Below, piece after piece: positions 1 through 11,800 of a stretch of 64,000 nt of DNA. The notes under the pieces were generated by a model that was not told the origin of the DNA, ran no database searches, and worked only from the letters and a program-made list of their open reading frames with translations. This DNA is from Nageia nagi (Eukaryota > Plantae > Pinophyta), in the NCBI GenBank assembly GCA_050084985.1, contig JBITNC010000001.1, positions 9,548,001 through 9,612,000 of the forward strand. The letters are read 5' to 3'. Made by a program: the position numbers and the translations under genes. The number at the start of each line of letters is the position of its first letter. The stretch's first letter is position 1.

Positions 1-680
1 GGTACATCGATGACTAGGACCACACTTTTCATCACAATTGTAACAAAGACCCTTCTCTCTACACTCTTTCATTTCCTTAAGGGTAATTCACTTGATTGTT
101 AGTGATCAACTAAGTTTGGGAGAAATTGAAGGATCTTATGGTTTGATAAATTGTTTCTTCACCTAACATCTTTTAGCATTGAATTTATCTTCAGCAAGTT
201 TGGCTAATGCAATTGCATCCATCATCATTTTTGGATTGAACATCTTCACTTCCACTCAAATCTCATCCTTTAAGCTACTGATAAAGTAACTTTTGAAAAA
301 TAAGTCATCCAACCCTTCAGTATGATTCACAAGTTTTTCAAACTAAGCTTGATATTCCTTAACTGATGAAGTTTGTGAAATATTATAGTCACTTTGATCA
401 AATCTTCATAGTCATTTGGAATAAATAAAAAAAGAATATTTTTTGTGAAATCTCCACATAAAGGGGTTTCATTTTCCTCCTCAAACCATTGGTACCATTG
501 GATGACCTCTTATTCAAGGTTAAATGATGTAATATTGATCTTCTATGCCTTGGTAATTTGATTCAGTGATAAGTATTATTCTACTTTATAAATCCATCCA
601 ATTGGATCTTTACCATAAAATTTTAAAAATTCCATATTGGTCATTTGAGGGAGAATAGATGTTTGTTGAATACCTTAGTG
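1..680 (-). pseudogene. gag: Ty3/gypsy (chromovirus/Reina-like) gag fragment, degenerate
   Basis: Reverse-strand translation gives MEFLKFYGKDPIGWIYKVE (~580-635) and the knuckle REKGLCYNCDEKCGPSHRCT (1-60); stops present. Same orientation as the PBS/LTR at 4423-4860. Confidence 0.8.
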
Positions 681-2858
681 TGTCTGATATGGTTATCCCA
701 TCTATGAAGAGAAAGAAGAGGAGCAACCACCACTAGTATCATCCAAATTATCAAATCATTAGAGATCCTAATTTGTATGTTCAAATAAGAACAAGTGTTG
801 TTCAAACACAAGAGCATATCAATTATGAATTATTATCTCATTTTTAACCCAAGAATGTTACTAAAGCAAGTAAAGATAAAAGTTGGGTACTAGAAATGAA
901 AGAAGAATTAAATTAGATTGTAAATAATAAGACATGAGAGCTACTTCCTATACTAGCAAATAAAAATATCATTAATACAAAATGGGTATTTTGGAATAAG
1001 CTAAATGAAGAAGGAAAGATGGTTATAAACAAATCCAAACTTATCTATAAAGTCAATTCTCAAGTGGAAGGAATTTATTTTGAAGAAAATTTTACACCAG
1101 TCATAAGATTAGAAGCAATTAGGATGTTTCTAGCATTAGCAGCATACAAGAACTTCAAAGTACACCAAATGGATTTCAAATATGACTTTTTGAATGGTAA
1201 TCTGGAGGAAGAAGTATACATTGAAAAATTGAATGTATTTCAGCTGGCAAAATATCCCAACATAGTTTATAAATTGAAAAAGAATTTGTATGGCTTAAAA
1301 CAAGCACCCTATGTATGGTATTCAAGATTGGATAATTATTGTCTATAGCAAAGTTTTAAAAAGGTTATGGTATATAGCTAGCAATCTATATATCAAAACT
1401 GAATCTAACTATCAACTTATCATTATTGTATATGTATATGATATCATATTTGGTAGATTTAAAGATGAAATATGCAAGAAATTTGCTAATCAAATGCAAA
1501 ATGAATTTGAAATATTAATGGTTGATGAGTTATCATACTTTCTAGGTCTGCAAGTGAATTAACTAGATAAAGGTAAATTCATATCTCAAATTAAATTAAG
1601 CAAATAAGATAATTCATCTACTATTGATCAAAATCTATATAGATATATGATTGGTAGCTTTTTATATTTAATCACATCTAGGCTAGATATATTGCAAGTA
1701 GTTTGTATGGTTCCATTATTTCAAGCAACTCCAAAGGAAACTCATGTTATTGTAGTAAAAAGAATTTTTTAGATATGTTCGGGGAACTATGGAGTATGGA
1801 ATATGGCCTCCCAAAGGTAAAAAAATTCACACTCTTTTCCTATTTTGATGCTTATTGGTCCAAATGTATTGATGATACAAAAAGCACACTAGAGGTTTTT
1901 TCTATTTAGGTGACAAGCTTATTGCATGGCACAGTAAAAAGCAAAATTTAGTATCTTTTTTTATAGTATAAGTAGAGTATATTGCAGTAGCATCATGTTG
2001 CTCTCAAGTATTTTGGATGAAACAAACTTTGAAATATATTATAATTGGCTTTAATGAACCAATATCTATACTATGTGATAACACCAATGTAATAAGCATT
2101 TCCAAGAATCCAATTATGCATTTTAGAACCAAGCACATAGGCATTTGGTGTCACTTTTTGAAAAAGAAGGTTGCAAAAGGGGAAGTCCAGTTGGATCTAA
2201 TGTACCAAACCATTGTCCAAGGAAGTATTTTAATATCTTTACCATAAATTGGGAATGGTCATTCTTCTCAAAAACTAGCTAGCCATAAGTGGCATATTAT
2301 CAAGAGGAGAATCTTCAACTGTCTATCTTTTTTCACACAAATTTAGCTTTGATAGTTGTATTTAATTTTTACTAATATTAGTGTCTATAGATAAGGGGAG
2401 CATATTATTTATTGTTATGGATAAATCCTATAAACTTGATAAGTTTTGCATAATGTTATTTATTTAAAATGTTGGACTATGAGTTTTGTTTCTATGGTGT
2501 TGGCTTTGATCTTGGCTACTGTTGTTGGTGACTAAGATTGCTAGAAATAAGAGCAAGCTTAGTGTATTTATTTGTAACCTATTACTTATTGTTGATAATG
2601 TTTATTTTACTCAACTAATGTGTATGGTGAAGTGTTCAAGTCCATCATTATGTTGCTATACTTGCCAAATTATTAATTATTCAAACATGTTATTTCAATA
2701 TTTCATGTTGACTAAAGGAGTATTGGCAAGTTTGTTATGTCTTTATACTATTATCTTTGACATTGTTGCCAAAAAGGGGGAGAGTGGTTAGGTTGTTCTA
2801 ATTTTCTTGAGTTTGGTTAAGTTTGGCATATTTTGACAACAATTCCAAAAGGGGATAT

Positions 2859-4381
2859 TGCTAGCCATTTGTCTAATTTATGTTATCATTATTTTCAAAG
2901 AAGTACACTTGGATGCAATCATGTTAAAAGATCTTACGTAGACAAATATAGGCTTATGCGATGAAGATTGAGCTTATGGAATGTTAATAGCACTTATTCA
3001 ATGGTAACAACCTTTATGCAATGAAGAATGAGCTTATGTGGTGGTAATATCCCTTATGCAATGAAGAATGACATTGTGTGATGGTAAAAACCCTTATATG
3101 ATGGTAACATCCCTTATGCAATGAATAATGAGCTTGTGTAATGGTAATAACCATTATAAAGTGGTAACATACCTTATGCAGTGAAGAATGAGCTTGTACA
3201 GTGGTTACAACCCTTATGCAGTGAGGCAAAGACTTATGTAGTGAAGGAGAAAAATTGTTATATGGTAGAGATAGTTGTTATGCGATAGAGACAAGTGTAT
3301 GCAGTAGAGACAGGTGTTATGTAGTGAGAATAAATATTATGCAATAGAGATAGGTGTTATGAGATGAAGGAGAGACCATCAAGAAATGATGTTATAGGTG
3401 AATATGTAAAAAGGAAGCATTATGTGGAGAGGAAGTACCTTATATAGAGAGGAAGTGCCTTATATAGAGTAGCAAGTTCTTGTGTAGAAGATTTGAGGTT
3501 TATGCGATTAAGGCCCTATGTAAAGACACAAAAAATTATGTGGAGAATACAACTCTTATTTATTGAAGATTAGTATTATGTGAAGATTTTGGAATCTAGT
3601 AAGTTTAAGCACCAACATGTGGTAGTCAATATGAATCATGAGATAAGGTACTGGTAATCATCTAGGGATCTCGAACATCTTTGTAGGTTTACATTACAAT
3701 TTAGGGAACCTAAAGAGACTAGACTTCAGATCATTAAGGAAGATGAATGAGTGGTTGGAGTTATATAGTGTTATGGGAAGACAAATAAACTTGTAATGAA
3801 AATAAAATTAGGAACTATGTAATGTTGTGTGCAAGATGAAGAGATGTGGGAGTTGAATGTGTTTTCATGAGTAAACCATCATTGAAGAACAAACTATAAC
3901 ATATTAACAATGAGCACATAATGGAGGCTATGAGGACTAATTTTAAATATCTAATAGTGATATCTGGGATTGAAAAATACTAAGCTAGACTAGTGAGGAT
4001 CTTTTGTAATAGAATTGGCAAGTTTACCAAAAATCTTGCTTCTATAATTTGTTAATTTGGTACTTGCCAAGGGGGTTAGTGCTCCTATTAGTTGGTATTG
4101 ATAAACTAGGGGTTAGTGCTTCTTTTGATTAGTGTTGATAAATTATTTATAAATTTAATGCTTTGATTTGGTTGTATTTGGATGGGAGTCAAAGTAGTAT
4201 TACTTGGGAATGTAACCACATTAGTGAACCTCATTATATTTTATGTCATATGATGCATTTTTATGGTGATTTTTCTAATTATTTTAAACAAATACTATCT
4301 TCTTTAAAATATATAGTTAAAGAACTAAGTTTTAATCCTTCACTTACTCACCCCCTTCTAAGTATCACTTGGAGAATAACA
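2859..4381 (+). repeat. Copia LTR copy 1 (~1.52 kb)
   Basis: Starts TG after the PPT, ends ggagaataaCA with C-rich ctcacccccttct ~25 bp from the end; homologous to 7312-8822 and 14312-15697. Confidence 0.9.
2953..3480 (+). repeat. ~20-bp-period degenerate tandem motifs in the LTR (TTATGCRRTG core); equivalents at ~7405-7930 and ~14405-14810
   Basis: Units ttatgcaatgaagaatgagc / ttatgtgatggtaataaccc, then ttatgcagtagagacaggtg and ttatgtggagaggaagtgcc. Confidence 0.85.
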
Positions 4382-4422
4382 ATGTGACCAGACAAAAATG
4401 CCCACTGGTAACCAAAATAGAT

Positions 4423-4860
4423 GCTCGGATACCATTTGTTAAGAACCTAATAGAATTGAAAGGGGATTTTACCATGAATACTAAAGGAAATACTAAAATA
4501 CAAAATATCTAGTAGATTCAAAGTGCAACAAGTAAAGCAATCAAAGTAATGCATTTAGATTAACAATGAGATAAGGAACAAAATAATTTTATTAATAGCA
4601 ATATGAATTACATACCACTTTGAGGGGGATTACTCCTTATAATTCAAAAGATAATTGATTTTCTAGAATGATTCTCTTTACCCCTCTTACAAATATTTAT
4701 AAACTTCCTACCTTAATCCTAATTGGTAGTTTAATTCAAAATGATAATTCACCTTACAAAAATATAACAATTCACATTACTATTTAGCACAACTTACTAA
4801 TTAAAATAATTACTAATTATAATTAAACCTAATTAAATATTAGGATGTGGGATCCTAACA
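4423..4860 (-). mobile_element. tRNA-iMet PBS plus 5' LTR (4437-4860, ~424 bp) of a short-LTR gypsy element, copy 1
   Basis: gctcggatacca is the reverse complement of TGGTATC(C)GAGC; LTR termini tgttaagaacc...ggatcctaaca are inverted repeats; duplicated at 15739-16169. Confidence 0.85.
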
Positions 4861-5042
4861 TTATTTGATTATAGATATATATATGATTTATTTGTTGTGA
4901 AATATTTTCATTTGATAAATTAATGTTATAATTACTAAACATGATTTGATAAAGTATCTAAATAATTTAGGTAAACAAAAGATGAAAATATGTCAAACTT
5001 TATGCTAGTTAAACTTTGGCATAAGCTATATCCTATTTTCAA

Positions 5043-5360
5043 ATATGTGAGGCCATGATTAGAACAAGAAGACTAGGATTGGTTGATTGTAGTTGGATTC
5101 ATAGGAGTCACATATGCATAGTTGGTGCACTACAATAAAGTCTACATGATGTCACTCTATGAGCATTGGTATGAGGATAAATGCACCTTCTATTTCCTAA
5201 CAAGGGAGGTGAGTATCATACTTAAGGATGTTTATTAGCTCTTCAAGATTTTGATAAGGGAAGAGATAATCATAGTTACCTCTAAGATAGATATAATAAT
5301 TAGATTCATAGGTGAGGACTAGTTGAAATGGGATGTTAGCAAGGGAATGATGGAGTACAA
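5043..5360 (+). pseudogene. Plant mobile domain (PMD, MAIN/aminotransferase-like) ORF fragment, duplicated copy
   Basis: Translates MMSLYEHWYEDKCTFYFLTREVSIILKDVY*LFKILIR, matching the PMD pattern (L.ERW..ET.TFH...GE.TITL.DV); homologous to 16353-16669. Confidence 0.7.
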
Positions 5361-8300
5361 GAAGGAAAGTTGGTTAGAAACAAAGCCAAACTTGTCTATA
5401 AAGGTTATCCTCAAGTGGAAGGAATTGATTTTGAAGAAACTTTTGCACTAATCACATGATTAGAAGTAATTCAAAGGTCTCTAGAATTAGCAGTATACAA
5501 GAACTTCAAAATACACCAAATGGGTGTCAAATATACCTTTTTGAATGGCAATCTAGAGGAAGAAGTATACATTGAACAAGAAGATGGATTTCAACTGGAA
5601 AAATATCCCAACATGGTTTGTAAATTGAAAAAGGCTTTGTATTGATTAAAATAATCACCTTGAGCATTGTGTTCAAGTTTGGATAACTATCTTCTATAAC
5701 AAAGGTTTTCAAAGGGTATGGTAGATAGAAATTTATATGACAAAATTGAATCTAACTATAAACTTATCATTATTTTCTATGTAGATGATATCATATTTGG
5801 TGGATGCAAAGATGAAATATTCAAGGATTTTTCTAATTAGATGCAAAATGAATTTGAAATGTTAATGGTTGGTGAGTTATCATACTTTATAGGTTTGCAA
5901 GTGAGTCAACTAGATTAAGGCATATCCATATCTTAAACCAAATATGTGAAAGAAATGTTGAATAAGTTTAACATTGAGGATAGTAAACTAGTAACCACTC
6001 CCATGATAACCACTTGTAAGTTAAGAAAAGAGAAAAATTCACCTAATGTTTATCAAACTCTATATAGATATATAATTGGTGGCTTGTTATATTTAACTAC
6101 CTATAGACTAGACATATTGTAAGCAATTTGTATGGTTTCAATATTTCAAGAAGTTCTAAAGGGAACTCATGTTATTGTAGTAAAAAGAATTTCTAGATAT
6201 CTTTGGGGAACTATGGATTATGGAATATGGCATCCCAAAGGTAAGTAATTCACACTCTTTTCCTATTTTGATGTTGATTTGGCCAAATGTATTGATGACA
6301 AAAAAAGCACAAATGAATGTGCTTTCTATTTAGATGATAGGCTTGTAGCATGGCACAGTAAAAAATAAGATTCAATATCTTTATCTACAACAAAAGCATA
6401 GTATATTGCAAGAAATTCATATTTGTCTTAGGTATTGTGGATAAAACAAACTTTCAATTATCTTGGAATTCACTTTAATGAACCTATATCTATATTGTGT
6501 GACAACACCAGTGTAATAGGCATTTCCAATAATACAGTAATGCATTCTAGAACCAAGAAAATAGCCATTTGGTATCACTTTTTGAAATAGAAGGCTATAA
6601 AAGGAGAAGTTTAGTTGGATTATATACCTACATCAAAACAAGTAGTTTACATATTCACCAAATTTTTTACCAAATAATTATTTTAATATCTTCACCACAA
6701 ATTAGGAATTATCATTCTTCCCAAAAACTAGCTAGCCATAAGTGGGACAATCTCAGGGGGAGCATATACAATTGTCTACATTTTGTGTTTCAATTTTGGC
6801 TTAGATAGTTGTGTTTAATTTTGATTGAGATTAGTGTTTACAAATAGGGGGAGAATAGTGTTTTTTGTTATAGATAAATCCTATAGAATTTATGACCTAG
6901 GCATAATGTTATTTATTTAAAATACTAGACTATGAGTTTTGTTGTTGTGGTGTTAGGTTTGAACTTGGTTACTATTTTTGGTGACTAAGATTATTGGAAA
7001 TAAGATCAAGCTTTGTGTATTTATTTACAATTGCTACTTACTATTTATAATATTGATTTTACTCAACTAATGTGTGTGGTGAAGTATTAAAGTCCATCAT
7101 CCATGTTGTTGTACTTGCCAAATGGTCAATTATTCAAACTTGTTATCTCAATTTGTCATGTTGGCTGAAGGAGTATTTGTAAATTTGCTATTTCTTGCTA
7201 CTATTATCTTTGATATTATTTCTAAAAAGGGGGAGAGTGGTTAAGTTGTTGTGCTTGCATTGAGTTTGGTTAAGTTTGGAATATATTGAAAATAATGCCA
7301 AAAGGGTATATTGATATCCATCTATTTCGGTTATATTTTCATTATGTTAAAGAAGTATAGTTGGATGTTATCATTTCAAAATACCTTATGCTGATAGATA
7401 TAGGATTATGTGGTTAAGGATGATCTTATATGATGGTGACAATTATTATGCATTGGTAATAACCCATATGTGGTAAAGAATGAGCTTTGACGATGGTAAC
7501 AACCCTTATGCAGTGAAGAATGAGCTTATATGATGGTAATAGCCCTTATGTGGTGGTAACAACCTTTATGTAGTGAAGAATGAGCTTATGTGGTGGTAAC
7601 AATCCTTATGCGATGGTAATAGCCCTTATGTAGTGAGTTAAATACTTATGCAATGAGACAAAGACTTATGCAATGAAGGATAATAACTATTATGTGATAG
7701 AGATAGGTGTTATGTGGTAGAGATAGGTGTTATGCAGTCAAAACAACTATTATGTGGTAGAGATAGGTATTATGCAGTAAAGGAGAGATCATTGGGAAAT
7801 GACATCAATAGGTGAATATGTAGAAAGGAAGTGCCTTATTCAAAGAGCAAGTGCCCTATATGGAGAGGAAGTGACTTATGTGAAGAGGAAGTGTCTTATG
7901 CAAAAAGGAAGTGCCTTATGCATAGTAGCAAGTTCTTGTATGAAAGACTCAAGTTTTATGAGATTAAGGCCCTATGTAAAGATACAAAGAATTATGCAGA
8001 GAAGAAAACCCTTATGCAATGAGGACTAGTGTTATGCAAAGAGTTTGGAAGCCAGTAAGTTTAAGCATCAGTATGCATGTAGTTAGTGTGGATCATGAGA
8101 TAAGGTACTAACAATCATCTAGGAAGCTCTAACATCATTTAGGTTTACATTATAGTTTAGGGAATTTGAAGGGAATGGGATTCAAATCGTTAGAGAAGAT
8201 GAATGAGTAGCTGCAATTGTATACTATTCAAGGAAGATAAATAGACTTGTAATGAAAATAAAATTAGGAACTATATAATGTTGTGTGCAATATGGAGAGT

Positions 8301-8822
8301 TATGGGAGTTGAATGTGATTGCATAAGTAGACTATCATTGAAAAATAAACTATCACAAATTGATAATGACAGAAGAATAGAGCTATGAGGATTGATTGCA
8401 TATTTCTAACCAATATAGGTAGGAGTGAAAAATATTGACCTAGAATAGTGAGCATCTTCTGGAATAGAATTGGAAAGTTTGCTAAAAATCTTGCTTTTAT
8501 AATTTTTCAAGTTGGTGCTTATCTAAGGGTGTTGGTGTTTCTATCAATTATTATTGATAAATTAAGGGTTGATGCTGGTAAATTGGTTGTTAAGTTGATG
8601 CTTTGATTTTACTAGATTTGGATGGGATTCCAAGTAGTCTTACTTGAGGATGTAGCCACATTGATGAACCTTATAATATTTAGCATTATGGATGCATACT
8701 TATGGTGATTATTCTAGTTATTTTAAATAAGTACTATTTTCTTTAAAGCATAAAGTTAAAGAACTAAGTTTTAATCTTTCATTAATTCACCCCCCCCTCT
8801 AAGTTTCACTTGGAGAATAATA
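5361..8822 (+). mobile_element. Ty1/copia copy 2: RT-RNaseH remnant, multi-PPT 3' UTR and LTR 7312-8822 (shared with copy 3)
   Basis: Begins abruptly at gaaggaaagttggttagaaacaaagcc (equivalent to 12361); YVDDIIF motif at ~5778; PPT aaaagggtata then TG at 7312. Confidence 0.9.
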
Positions 8823-11800
8823 ATTGGTATGAGAGCCAATCCCTATGTTAGGTCTAGTTGACTAAGGGAGATTCAATATGTGATACGATGGAAAGCAATT
8901 AAATTTCTTCTTTAAGAAAATCCACTCTTTTTGATGGAACCAATTATGCCATCCGAAATATAAGAATGCAAAACTACCTACATGCTCTTGGATTTGATAT
9001 ATGGCATCAATGGAAAAAGAATATACAACACCCACCACTCCTCATGCAGATGCAAATAGCAAGAAATTATTTAAATATAATTCTAAAGCAACAAATTCTA
9101 TCATGAGTGGTTTGGTAGATAATGAACTTATAAAGATCATGAGTTGCAAATTAGCTAAATAAATTTGGTACAAGATAGAAAATATTCATGAAGGAGATAA
9201 GAAGATAAAAGAAGCTAAGTTACAAACCTACCAAGAAAGATTTGAAAGATTCTAAATGGATGATGAAGAAGATGTTGCATCCTATCTGTTAAAAGTAAAT
9301 GAAGTCATCAATAATATCATAAGTTTGGAAGAAATGATTAAATATTATATAATTATGAAGAAAGTTGTGAGATCAATCTCTTCAAGATTTTACTCCAAAG
9401 TATCTGCCATCAAAGAAGCTAAAAATGTGAACACTTTCTCCATATATGAAATGTAAGGTTCATTGTCTACCCATGAAATGAGAACTCATAAGGTAAAATC
9501 CTCCAATAAAGAATCTATCTTCAAAGTCTCTAAAAAGGTCAAATCCCATCTTGAATATGATAATGAAAAAGGAATGTTAAATCTAGATCAATCAAACTTT
9601 ATCTCAAAGCTAGAAAGTTGAAATGGAAAATACGAAGGTATGTTACCTTTAAAATGCTTTGGTTTTAGTGATATTGGATATTTTTCTAATAAATGTCCAT
9701 AAAAAGAAAATAATGGTAATAATGAATATACAAGGAAGATCAAAGATAGTAGTTACAGAAACAAAGATAGATTTCTTAGAAAAGAGAATAATAGTAAAAG
9801 AATATTTGTTTCAAAATAAAGTGAAGATGAATCTAAAAGTAGCTCAAATAGTGAATCTAAAGAAGAGAATGATGAATCATTATTTATGGATTTTGAAGAA
9901 AAATAATTAGGAATATGAATTTATTGTTGATATTGAACAAGAGCTTATATCTACTTTAGATTACCTAAATATTACAAGAAGAAGGAATACGAAATTGTTC
10001 AAAAAACTTGAAGATACTAATAGTGAAATTGAAGAAATAAAAGTTAAGTTACAAGAATCCAACAAAACTAAATAAACCTTGTTGCTCCAATTGAATAATA
10101 AAATGGATGATTTTCATAGCTTGGAAGAATTAAACATCACTTTAAGACATAAGATTGAGAAATTATCTCATTTATTCAAGATAAGATCATAGCAATTTGA
10201 TCAAATGTTGAAGGGCCAAATGCATTCGACAATAAAGTTTGGTTTGGAATTTCAATAGGTTTAATCCTTCAATGTAGCTAAAAAATGTCTAGTTAACAAA
10301 AACTCAAATGATTCACAATCTAATAGTGAAAAAAAAATTAAAAAATCTACAATAATCAATATAGAGACTCTCAATAGGATATTAGTGATGGTTTTGTCAA
10401 AGATAAAAAGATGAGGAGAATGTTAAGATGGATAACAACTCAAATCTATCAACAAAACAATTTCTTTAATTCCTACTCTAGATATGACAATCAATTTTAT
10501 TGATATTATTATAAATGTAATTATTTTGGTCATATAATGGATATATGTATAATGAATACTCAACCAATAAACTTTGTGCATAAAAAAACTTTCTCTCCTT
10601 TGATGGATTACCCTGTAGAATGCTATCAATATCACAACTATGGGCACACAGCAAAATTTTATAGAAGAAAGATGGTAAATCCATCCAAGGTGAATAAAAA
10701 GGAATTCAAAATAAATGAGCCAAATATTAATAAAAAGAATGCAATAGTTAACATAGCATGGAAAAGGAAAGAGAGTAATGCAATTGAATCATTGATTTGT
10801 CAAGTGGATATTAAAGCTAAAAACAAGCCAAGATCCTATATTATTGATAGCAAGTGTACAAAACATATGATAGGAGATAAACAAAATGAGAATCTACAAT
10901 AATTTGAAGGAGGATTAGTCAAGTTTGGAAATAATGATGGTGCCAAAATAGCTAGCAAAGTAACTATGAAAATGGGAAATGGAAAGATGAATTCTGAAGA
11001 AGTCTTATTTGTTATTGGATTGAATGTGAAAAAGGTAATGATGTTATCTTCAAAAGATATGAATGTGAAATAAGAAGATCAAAAATTGGATGAATTATAG
11101 AAACCAAAATAAGAAAAATAAACAATTTGTATACACTAACTATAACATCAGAAGCATCCTACCTACTTGGATAAGAAGATACTACATAGTTATGGAACAA
11201 AATACTTGTACATATAAATTTTAAAAATTTGACAAAGATTAGTACAAAAAATGTAGTAAGGGATATGTTGAGCATCTCTAATACATCTAACAATATATGT
11301 CCTTCATGTCAAAAAGGAAAGTAGACTAAAACCTCATTTAAGACTAAAGAATACTACTCCAATAAACCACTTGAGTTGATTCACATAGATTTATGTGGAA
11401 CAACAAGAACTTAGAGCATAATTAGTCATATATTTTATTTTGTTCATAGATGATTACTTAAGCATGACATGGGTACACTTTCTCAAACACAAATCAGAGG
11501 CCTTTGACATGTTTGTATGCTTCAAGAATATGGTTAAAAATTAGACTAATGCAAGAATCAAATGTATAAGGTTAGACATTGGAGTAGAATTCATATTTGA
11601 ATATTTTATCAAGTACTATGAGAAGTATGGCATATGGATACAACTTTAAATTGCTATAACTCCACAATAAAATGGCATTATAGAAAGGAAAAATAGAATA
11701 GTCCAAGAAATGGAAAGAATAATGATGAATGAGAACAAAGTAAATGACAAGTTCTAGAAAGAATTAGTACACACAACTATTCACATTCAAAATAAATTAA

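Larger units (their letters stand above)
689..4381 (+). mobile_element. 5'-truncated Ty1/copia (Sirevirus-like) copy 1: RT-RNaseH remnant, multi-PPT 3' UTR and 3' LTR
   Basis: ORF fragments RLEAIRMFLA, HQMD..FLNG, LYGLKQAP, CDNTNVISISKNPIMHFRTKHI; colinear with 11919-15697; PPT aaaaggggata then TG at 2859. Confidence 0.9.

Noticed and set aside
2953-3480. ORFs 3014-3229, 7799-8029 and 7831-8022 as proteins, or the repeats as CRISPR
   Set aside because: They are translations of LTR tandem motifs with no unique spacers.
4437-4860. Solo LTR (also 15753-16169 and 27851-28060)
   Set aside because: Each is adjacent to a PBS and internal sequence, so they are 5' LTRs of disrupted elements.
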